Below, piece after piece: positions 1 through 8,207 of a stretch of DNA of 64,000 nucleotides. Under the pieces are notes generated by a model. That model saw only the letters and a program-made list of their open reading frames with translations, was not told the DNA's origin and searched no databases. The position numbers were made by a program, and so were the translations under genes. Position 1 is the stretch's first letter; every line of letters begins with the position of its first letter. Where the stretch lies: the NCBI GenBank assembly GCA_963779685.1, contig CAVZZG010000001.1, positions 748,102 through 812,101 on the forward strand, written 5' to 3'. The DNA comes from an uncultured Actinomycetes bacterium (GTDB lineage: Bacteria; Actinomycetota; Thermoleophilia; Gaiellales; F1-60-MAGs149).

Positions 1-258
1 CTCCGACTCGATGCCCGGCGTGGCCGCGAGCAGCGGCTCCGCGGCGACGGTCCAGCCGTCGATGCCGTTGGCGGAGCGGGCGACGGTGAGGTGCGAGGTG
101 CCGTCGAGTGCCTCGACGCGGGCGAGGATGACGGTCTCGCCGCCCACCTGTGCCGCAGCCGGGTTGAAGACGACGTTGCAGGGGTAGGGCCAGGCCTCCG
201 CCGTCAGGATCGGGTTTCCGGGATGGCGGACGAACAGCTCCCGCGAGTCTCGGGTCAT
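1..258 (-). CDS. GH130-family glycoside phosphorylase/glycosidase, N-terminal part only (gene runs off the left edge)
   Basis: Own translation of the minus strand from ATG at 258 gives MTRDSRELFVRHPGNPILTAEAWPYPCNVVFNPAAAQVGGETVILARVEALDGTSHLTVARSANGIDGW, which looks like a GH130 N-terminus. ATGA start/stop overlap with the upstream GT gene. Confidence 0.65.
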   Translation of the reverse strand, partial: MTRDSRELFVRHPGNPILTAEAWPYPCNVVFNPAAAQVGGETVILARVEALDGTSHLTVARSANGIDGWTVAAEPLLAATPGIESE

Positions 259-2534
259 GCCGTGACCAGCGGACGGGGCGCGAGGCGCAGCCGCACCGGC
301 AGCGCGGCGGCGTCGATCATCAGCTGGGCGCGGTGGAAGGCGAGCGTCGACTCCGCACCCTCGTTCTCGTTGATGTCGTCGGCGCCGAGGCCGTCGCCGC
401 AGCCGCCGGTCGCGAAGTCGTACAGGGGCCGATCGAGGCGGTTGCGGCCGAGGAACCACTCGAACGCGGCCCGTGCCCGGAACGCATGATCCGGGTCGCG
501 GGTGAGGGCGAACGCCGCCAGCTCGGCCTCGACCAGCGCGCACGCGTCGAGCGGCTGCTCGTCACCGTCACCGGGCGCGGGCTCGTCGCGATGTCGTCCG
601 TGGTGGCCGGGAAGCCGCAGCATCCCGTCGGCCAGTCCGCACTCGTCGCCGAGCCAGCGCAGCGAATCGAGGCCGATCGTCACGGCATCGGCGCGGTCGA
701 GTCGCTTGCCGCCGGCGATCAGCGCGTGCGGCAGGCAGGCATTGTCGTAGGTCAGGCGATCCTCGAACCACGGCCAGTCCTCGCTTGCCTTGGCAGCATG
801 CGCCGCGACCAGCTGGTCGACGAAGCGGGTGAGCACCTCGCGCGCGTGCGGCTCGAGCCGGTCGGGGTCGAGCCGGGCGAGACCGAGGGTGGCGTAGGCC
901 GCCGTGCGCGGCCCGACGTCGTCGGCGAGCGAGTCCACGAGCACCGCCAGCAGGCGGCGCGTCGGGCCGACCACGCCCGGCACCCAGGCGGTCGAGAGCA
1001 CCTCGCCGAGCGCTCGGACGGTGCGCCCGACGTGGTCGCCGACGTGCGGCGCGTCCAGCCACCGGCGATCGTAGCCCATGAAGTTGCGCATACCGGCGCC
1101 GCCCTGGTCGGTGGCGTCGTACAGGAACGCCAGGGACCGATGCAGCACGGCCGTCCAGCGCGGGTCGCCGTCGCGTCGTGCGAGGTCGAGCGCGAGTACG
1201 ACAACCCGGGCCACGTCGTCGACGCAGTAGCCGGAGCTGCGGTTCGGCACCGCGCCGTAGGCGTGCTGGATGATCCCGACGTCGTCGACCAGGGTGTGCA
1301 GGTGATCCGTGCGGACGGAGGTCGGCCGGAGGTCGTGCGACGGGCTCGGGGCCTCGGGGTGGACGAGCGCCGCGGCCTCCTCGAGCACTTCCGCCGTCGC
1401 GATCGCCACGGCCGGCCACGTCAGCTCGCGACCGATCCGGCGTGCCTCGGCCTGCGCCGTCGCGAGCGCCTCGGGGTTCGACGCGAACTCGCAGACGGCC
1501 GCGGCCAGCGCGTTCGGGTCGGCCAGCGGCACGACCCGCCCGGCGCCGCTCTCGAGTACCTCCTCGGCGTACCAGTACGCGGTCGAGACCGCGGCACAGC
1601 CCGCGGCGACCCCGAACGTCAGCGCGCCGGACGCGATCTGCTCGCGGTTCGTGTACGGCGTCACGAACACGTCGGTGACCGCCAGGAGGTCGGCGAGCTG
1701 ATCGATGGAGATGAAGCGGTCGTCGAAGTCGACGTGATCCTCGAGCCCGAGGGCGACGACCTGCCGCTCGAGTTGCTGGCGGTAGCGCTCGCCCTCTCGC
1801 CGGGCCACCTGCGGGTGGGTGCGCCCGGCGACCAGGTAGAGCGCCTCCGGATGCTGCTCGACGATCGCAGGCAGCGCCTCGAGCATGGTCTCGATGCCCT
1901 TGCCGGCCGACAGCAGGCCGAACGTGGAGAGCAGGAACCGCTCGCGCAGGCGCTCGTAGCCGCCGGGCATCGGCGTGACGTAGCGCGGCCGCCGGCCTGC
2001 CGCCAACTGCTCGCGGCGCTGCGTCAGCACCACGGGTGCGCCGTGCGGGACGACCCGGATCTTCGCCGGCTGGCAGATCTCCTGCGTGATCAGCATGCGC
2101 CGCGCGGTCTCGGTCATCACCATCACGCGCTCGGCCCGATCGCACAGGTCGACCAGGACCTCGAGCTGGTGCGGACTCGGCGCCGCGAGCAACGTGTGCA
2201 GCTGCAGCACGAGCGGCTGGGCCAGCCCGCGGGCGAACGACAGGACGTACTCGCCGTCCTCGCCGCCGAAGATCCCGAACTCGTGCTCGAGCAGCACGAC
2301 GTCCACGTCCATGCGACTCAGCAGCCGGGCGGCGCGGGCGTAGTCGCCGCGGACGGACTGCGCAACGGTCGCGAGCACACCGCCGCGTTGCGGACTCGAC
2401 GGCTCGTCGAGCACGACGATGGGGAGCACGTCGTCGATCGCCGGGACGCCGAGCAACGCCGATCGCAGGTCGAACGCAAACGTGCCAATGCCGCATGCCC
2501 GCGGCGGGAATGTCGAGAAGATCGCGGTACGCAC
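255..2534 (-). CDS. GT4-type glycosyltransferase fused to a ~370-aa C-terminal alpha/alpha-toroid (six-hairpin glycosidase-like) region
   Basis: 759-aa ORF with a GTG start. The N-terminus MRTAIFSTFPPRACGIGTFAFDL and the EALYLVAGRTHP...VFVTPY...EQIASGALTFGVAAG core are typical of GT4. The long C-terminal extension contains WPWFEDRLTYDNACLPHAL. Confidence 0.85.
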   Translation of the reverse strand: MRTAIFSTFPPRACGIGTFAFDLRSALLGVPAIDDVLPIVVLDEPSSPQRGGVLATVAQSVRGDYARAARLLSRMDVDVVLLEHEFGIFGGEDGEYVLSFARGLAQPLVLQLHTLLAAPSPHQLEVLVDLCDRAERVMVMTETARRMLITQEICQPAKIRVVPHGAPVVLTQRREQLAAGRRPRYVTPMPGGYERLRERFLLSTFGLLSAGKGIETMLEALPAIVEQHPEALYLVAGRTHPQVARREGERYRQQLERQVVALGLEDHVDFDDRFISIDQLADLLAVTDVFVTPYTNREQIASGALTFGVAAGCAAVSTAYWYAEEVLESGAGRVVPLADPNALAAAVCEFASNPEALATAQAEARRIGRELTWPAVAIATAEVLEEAAALVHPEAPSPSHDLRPTSVRTDHLHTLVDDVGIIQHAYGAVPNRSSGYCVDDVARVVVLALDLARRDGDPRWTAVLHRSLAFLYDATDQGGAGMRNFMGYDRRWLDAPHVGDHVGRTVRALGEVLSTAWVPGVVGPTRRLLAVLVDSLADDVGPRTAAYATLGLARLDPDRLEPHAREVLTRFVDQLVAAHAAKASEDWPWFEDRLTYDNACLPHALIAGGKRLDRADAVTIGLDSLRWLGDECGLADGMLRLPGHHGRHRDEPAPGDGDEQPLDACALVEAELAAFALTRDPDHAFRARAAFEWFLGRNRLDRPLYDFATGGCGDGLGADDINENEGAESTLAFHRAQLMIDAAALPVRLRLAPRPLVTA

Positions 2535-2672
2535 GACGGGCGCGCGCCCCTTTCGAGAGAATTCCGACGTGTCGGCAGCGCGCGAGCGACCGAAGATCGC
2601 GTCGCGGACCGTTATCGGGGTACCAGCAGCCTAGCCGCGATCGTGCTTCCGGCCTCCGCCGCGTCGTCCGGA

Positions 2673-3461
2673 TCAGGTGGGCCGGGCGCCGTAGAACGAG
2701 CTTGGACCGCTGCCGGTGGGGACATAGCCCTTCTCGGCCAGCCACCCGCCGTCGATCGGCAGGGCGATGCCGGTGATGTGGCGCGAATGCTCGCCGACCA
2801 GGAACAGGGCGGCGTCGGCGACGTCCTGGGGCTCGGCCAGCCGGCCCTGCGGGACGGACGGGAGCGCGGACTGCAGGAAGACCTCGTCGTCGGCGTAGGC
2901 CGCCGTCATCGGCGTGCGGACGATGCCCGGGCAGAGCGCGTTCACGCGGACGCCGAACGCCGCATAGTCCTTCGCGAGGGCCTTCGTCAGTCCGATCACG
3001 CCATGCTTGGCGGCGGTGTAGGCGGCGCGCCGCGACTGGCCGATCAGGCCCGCGACCGAGGCGATGTTGACGATCGCGCCGCCGCGCCCGGCGTCGCGCA
3101 TCATCCTGCCGGCGGCCTGGCAGCAGTAGAACGTGCCGCTCAGGTCGACGCCGATCACGTTCTCCCACTCGGCCGGCTCCAGATCGAGGGGGTGGGCGAT
3201 CTCGCGCACCCCGGCCGAGTTGACGAGGATATCGACGGCACCGAACCGTCGGGCGATCTCGGCGAAGGTCTCCCCGACGGCGTCGGCGGAGCGCACGTCG
3301 CACGCGAGGAACACCGGCGCGTTCCCGCGGACAGCTTCGGCTTCGTCCGGCGACCGGTCGATGGCCACCACCTGCGCTCCGGCCGCGGCGAGCGCGTCGG
3401 CGATGCAGCGGCCGATGCCGCTGGCCGCCCCGGTGACCGCTGCGACTCGGCCTTCGAGCAT
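2673..3461 (-). CDS. SDR-family oxidoreductase (3-oxoacyl-ACP reductase-like)
   Basis: 262 aa. Contains the TGAASGIG Rossmann motif, NSAG, and the catalytic YTAAKHG (YxxxK). Confidence 0.9.
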   Translation of the reverse strand: MLEGRVAAVTGAASGIGRCIADALAAAGAQVVAIDRSPDEAEAVRGNAPVFLACDVRSADAVGETFAEIARRFGAVDILVNSAGVREIAHPLDLEPAEWENVIGVDLSGTFYCCQAAGRMMRDAGRGGAIVNIASVAGLIGQSRRAAYTAAKHGVIGLTKALAKDYAAFGVRVNALCPGIVRTPMTAAYADDEVFLQSALPSVPQGRLAEPQDVADAALFLVGEHSRHITGIALPIDGGWLAEKGYVPTGSGPSSFYGARPT

Positions 3462-3627
3462 CGCCGGGGAGTATCGGGCGCCCGCGGCGGCCGGTCAACT
3501 CAGCGATGCCACGACGATGGAGGCCGACCCGGAGGTCGCCGGGGTTGATGGTGCCGAGCCGTTAGAATCCGACTCCATCCAGGTCGAGCCGCGCGCGGTA
3601 CGGCGCACTCAGGAGAAGGAGTCCGGA

Positions 3628-5228
3628 ATGCGCCGCCTGCTGATTGCCCTCGTCCTCGCCATCGCGATCATGGCCCAGCTCGCGCCCGGGGCGCTGGCGT
3701 CGGGACCGGGTGGCTGGGATCATCTCGGACACGGGGCCGACGAGCGGCGTCGCAGCCCTGAACGGCGCGGTCTACGCCCTCGCCACCGACAACAGCGGGC
3801 TCACTCTGTACGCGGGCGGCGCCTTCACCGACGCCGGCTGGCAACGCCAGCGCCGATCACATCGCGAAGTGGAATGGCGTCGCCTGGAGCGCGCTGGGCC
3901 CGGTGGGCCTCAACGCCAATGTCCGCGCCATCGCCGTCCACGGCAGCACGGTCTACGTCGGCGGCAACTTCACCGACGTCGGCGGCAACCCCGATCTCGA
4001 CTACCTCGCGGCGTGGAACGGCACGAGCTGGTCCTCTCCCTGCACCTCGACCATCCCCGGCCCGGCCATCACGGCCGCCGTGCTCGCGCTGCAGATCATC
4101 GGCAACACGCTCTACGTCGGCGGCTCGTTCGCGAACGGCGCGGGCATCGCGTCCGCCGACTTCCTGCTCGCCTGCGACCTCACGACCGGCGCGCCGAGCT
4201 CCACGGTGCTCGCCGACGGCGACCATCAACAGCGGCGATCCTCGCCCTGACCGCCGACAGCAACGGCGTGCTGTACGCCGGCGGGTCGTTCATCAACCTG
4301 GACGGCATCGCGGACGCCGACCACATCGCCGCCTACGACGGCACGTGGCACGCCATGGGCGGGCCGGGCGCCGTCGACGACAAGGTGCGATCACTCGCCG
4401 CGCACGGGACGGACGTGTACGTCGGCACGGACGCCGTCAACATCGCCGGGATCGCGCAGGCCGACCACGTCGCCAGGTGGAACGGCTCCGCGTGGAGCGC
4501 CGTGGGCTCGAACACCGCCGGCACCGACGGCTGGTTCCCGGCCACGAGCTTCATCTACGCGATGGTCACGCAGGGCCAGAACGTGTTCGCGGCCGGCTCG
4601 TTTCAGAACGCCAATGGCCAGGCAACCGCCGACCGGCTCGCGTACTTCGACGGCACCATCTGGCGATCCGCTCGGGTCGGACGGCGCCGGCAACGGCGCC
4701 CTGAACTCGGAGGTCGACGCACTGGCCACGTTCCGGCTCGAGCTCGACGCCGGCGGCAACTTCACCAACGCCGGTGGCGACGGCCTTGCCGATAGCGTCG
4801 GTTCCTACGCAGTCCTGCGCCCCGACGCGCGCATCGGCACGCAGCTCGCAGGTCCCTTTGCCGGCAACGACGTCTACAGCGCCACCGGCGCCGGCGAATC
4901 GAAGGCCATCCGCGTCAAGCGCCGCCACCGCGGCACGCTCTACGTCGACATCCAGAACGACGGCCTCTACAGCGACACCTTCAAGCTCCACGCAACCGGC
5001 GCGGCCCGCGGGTTCGCCGTCTCCTACTACCGGGGAGCGACCAACGTGACCGCCGCGGTCAAGGCCGGCACCTACTCGACCGGCACGCTGCTGCCGGGAG
5101 CGCACCTGACTCTCAAGATGCTCGTCCGGCTCTCGTCAACCAGCGGCCGCTCCGGCACGTTCCTGATCAGGGCCACCTCGCCAGGCACGGCCCCGGACAG
5201 CGTCAAGGCCATCGTCAAGGCATCCTGA
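3628..5228 (+). pseudogene. Secreted beta-propeller repeat protein, frame-broken about 5 times
   Basis: RBS AGGAGAAGGAG precedes ATG 3628. Signal peptide MRRLLIALVLAIAIMAQLAPGALA. Repeats of the form VxALAxxGxxLYAGGxFTxxGGxxAxxIAxWNGxxWSALG can be followed through frames 1>2>0>1>2>0, with breaks near 3730, 3839, 4221, 4238 and 4660. The C-terminal Ig-like part is intact to the stop at 5228. Confidence 0.7.
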
Positions 5229-5249
5229 CGTCCGGTTGGTTTGCCAGGG

Positions 5250-5714
5250 TCAGTACTCGTTCTTGATCACGAAGTAGGAGCCGCGGATGGTTCCGGCGAG
5301 CTTCGACTTCTGGCGCGCGAACTTGAAGCGCGGGGCGAGCTCCGCGGGGATGTCCATCCCGTCGGAGAGCTTGAATCCGACCGCCCGCTTCCTGGCGTCG
5401 TCGACCGTGTACATGACGTTGATCGAGAGGCCGCTCTCGTAGAAGACGTAGGCCATGCGGATGTCCTCGACCTGGAAGGACGTCGCCTCCAACGGGCGGG
5501 ACGCGATGACGATGTCGCGTTCCTCCTTGAGGATCCGGTGCACCCAGTCGACGGTCGCCTGGGCTTCGCCGGCGGGCTCCACCGTGAAGTCGTGGTCGTA
5601 CTTGTTCTTGAAGTAGCGCGCCTCGTTCGCCCGGAGACCGGCGAGCGCGGCCGCGACCGGTGACGACTCGAGGCCGACGGTCGACACGGTAGTGAAGTCC
5701 ACGGTGTAGGGCAT
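5250..5714 (-). CDS. Hypothetical protein (154 aa), no family recognised
   Basis: Clean ORF. GGAG lies 6 nt upstream of the ATG at 5714, while the longer ORF start at 5735 has no RBS. Coding-like third-position bias. Sequence MPYTVDFTTVSTVGLES...SYFVIKNEY. Confidence 0.6.
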   Translation of the reverse strand: MPYTVDFTTVSTVGLESSPVAAALAGLRANEARYFKNKYDHDFTVEPAGEAQATVDWVHRILKEERDIVIASRPLEATSFQVEDIRMAYVFYESGLSINVMYTVDDARKRAVGFKLSDGMDIPAELAPRFKFARQKSKLAGTIRGSYFVIKNEY

Positions 5715-5876
5715 GATGCACTCCGGAAGGCGCATGGCCGTTGCTGTCCGCCGGAGGATACGTCCGAATCGACGTCACCGCCGCCGTGCTTGCCGAGAAC
5801 TGCATGGGCAGGTTGCGCAGTGGCCAGGGTAAACCCGCTACCGCAACGGCTGGCCGCGTCCTACGCTCGGTCGAGC

Positions 5877-6494
5877 ATGAGGGAGATAGTTCCGGTTCTC
5901 GGCGTGCTCGCCGGATTGGTCGGTGTCGCTGACACCCTCCCCTACGTCCGGGACATCCTCCGCGGGCGGACGCGCCCCCACCGCGGCACCTGGCTGATCT
6001 GGGGCGTGCTTACGGTCGTCGTGTGCGTGTCCCAATGGGCCGATGGCGCCACCTGGAGCCTCGTCATGGCGGCGACCCAGGCCGCCATGACGACCCTCGT
6101 CTTCCTGCTCGCGATTCGTCGCGGCGAGGGCGGCGTGAGCACCACCGAACGCGTCATGATCGCCCTCGCCGGCGCAGGCGTGGTCGGCTGGCTGATCGCC
6201 GACGAACCGGTCATCGCCACCGCGTGCGTCGTCCTCGCCGACCTGATGGGCGTCGCCATGATGGTGCCGAAGACGTACCGTGATCCCGAGTCGGAGACCT
6301 TCGCTACGTACGCGCTCGCGAGCCTCGCCGGCGCACTTGGCGCCGCCGCCGTCGGCACGATCAACCCCTCGCTGCTCCTCTTCCCGCTCTATTTCTGCCT
6401 CGCGAACGGCGCGATCGCCCTGCTCATCCGCCAACGGCGACGCACCCTCGACCACACCCCGCCACACGCCGTGCTCGCCGCGACGGCGGAATGA
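5877..6494 (+). CDS. Integral membrane protein (about 6 TM), family not recognised
   Basis: ATG at 5877 (MREIVPVLGVLAGLVGVADTLPYVRDILRGRTRPHRGTWLIWGVL). Alternating hydrophobic segments run to the stop at 6494. Confidence 0.6.
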   Translation: MREIVPVLGVLAGLVGVADTLPYVRDILRGRTRPHRGTWLIWGVLTVVVCVSQWADGATWSLVMAATQAAMTTLVFLLAIRRGEGGVSTTERVMIALAGAGVVGWLIADEPVIATACVVLADLMGVAMMVPKTYRDPESETFATYALASLAGALGAAAVGTINPSLLLFPLYFCLANGAIALLIRQRRRTLDHTPPHAVLAATAE

Positions 6495-6564
6495 CGCCAA
6501 GGGTGGTTACACGCCGCCGGAGATGCTGGGAGCGGACGGATGTCGGGTGAAACGGCGTCGCGCG

Positions 6565-8088
6565 TCACGTGGCCTCCGCCTGGGAGGCGACCGCGGTCGC
6601 CTCGCGCCGGTCGCCGAGCAGGTAGAGCACGACCGCGAGTACGGCCAGGCCGGCGATCGGTGCGAGCACGAGCAGCTCGAACGTCGACCGGTCGCCGGCG
6701 AATCCGGCCGGCAGCGCCGAGTCCGGGTCGGCCAGACCGAACCCCGGCCAGAGCAGGCAGACGGCTGCGAGCGCCGACCAGGCGGTGGCGGAGACCGTCA
6801 CCAGCCAGGCAACGGCCTGCCCGCCCGGAACGCGGAACGGCCGTTCGAGGTCGGGCCGGCGGAGCCGGAGGGCGAGGAAGGCCGGGAAGATGAGCAGGTA
6901 GGCGAGCACGATCAGGGCGATCGAGACCGTCAGGGCGGCGGAGAAGTAGCGCTGCGAGTCGCCACCCGTGGCCCGGATGTCGACCGCCATCGCGAGCCAC
7001 GAGATGGCGCCGGAGACGACGCCCAGGACGACCGGGACACCGGTGCGCTCGGAGATCCGGCCGAGGAACGCCGGGCCGGCGCCGTCGATGCAGGCGGCCG
7101 CCTGAGTGCGGCTCGTGCCCATGATCCAGGCGGCGCCGCTCGCGAGCAGCACCCAGATGAACAGCGCCGCGCAGCCGGCGCCGAGTACGGCGCCGGCACC
7201 CGTCAGCTGCACCGTCCCGTCGGGGTCGACCGATCCGCCGTAGACGGTGAAGACCGTCCGCATCGCGTCGATCAGGCCGTGGACGGACGTGACCGCCGAC
7301 GGCGGCAGCACGACCAGCACGGCGAGCACCGGCACGCCGTACATCACGAGCTGGCCGACGCCCGCGCGGCCGATCGCCCACGGGATGTCGCGGCGCGGGT
7401 CGACCATCTCCTCGCCGCGCCGCGGCCGGCAGCTCGATGCCGACGAACGAGTACAGGAGCACCGGGACGACGGCGATGAACACGGCGGCCGAGGGCGAGA
7501 GGTCGCCGGCGGCGAAGCCGTGCACGCCGTGGGCGATGCCGTACATCGACGGCGCTGACGTGAACACCACGAGCAGCACGATCTGCCCGACAGCGCCGCT
7601 GGTCGGCACCCACTTGCCGTAGCCGCAGTGGCGCCACGGCAGCGACCGTGGCGACACCGACGAAGACGGTGCCGAAGGCGATTGCGCCGCCGGTGCCGAG
7701 GTGACCGAAGAAGCGCGACCACACGGCGAGGGCGATTGCGACCGACGGAGCCGCCGAGCCAGAACGGGGTGCCGGCCCAGTACAGCAGCGACGTCACCGC
7801 GCCGGCGAAGCGGCCGAACGCCTCGCGGACCCAGACGTAGCAGCCACCCTCCTCCGGGAGCGCGGCGCCGAGCTCGGCGTTGGCGAGCGCCGACGGCACG
7901 AAGAAGAGGACGAAGAGCGCGACGAGCCACGTGAAGGCCTGCACGCCGCCGATCGCGACCGCCCCCACCGTGTCGATCACGACCATGGCCGAGAGCAGGA
8001 AGAACACCGTGTCGAGGCGCTGCAGCTCGCGCCGCAGGCGCGAGTGCTGGAGCGCGCGCCAGTCGGACGACTCGACCTGCGTCGTCAT
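6565..8088 (-). pseudogene. APC-superfamily amino-acid permease, three frame breaks
   Basis: AGGAGG RBS before ATG 8088 (MTTQVESSDWRAL...GGCYVWVREAFGRFAG). The sequence continues in a second frame (AVWSRFFGHLGTGGAIAFGTVFVG), then a third (KWVPTSGAVGQIVLLVVFTS...LLYSFVGIE), and returns to the first (EEMVDPRRDIPWAI... to the stop). Confidence 0.75.
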
Positions 8089-8207
8089 GCGATCCTCCTG
8101 CTGCAAGTGAACCGGGCTCGGCCCATACGGTGCCCACGTTGATTCAGCCAGTGCTGTGGGAAGCGGACAAGGGGGTTTCCCCTGGACTCGCGGGGCGTCG
8201 ACCCTGA

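Noticed and set aside
333-3548. Very long ORFs in alternate or antisense frames, for example 333..3548 (+), 568..3498 (-), 54280..56943 (-), 58751..61924 (-), 17532..19418 (-) and 42819..44765 (-)
   Set aside because: Their translations are Arg/Pro/Ala/Gly-rich low-complexity strings with no motifs. They fully overlap genes that have clear family signatures. These are the usual stop-codon-poor shadow frames of high-GC DNA.
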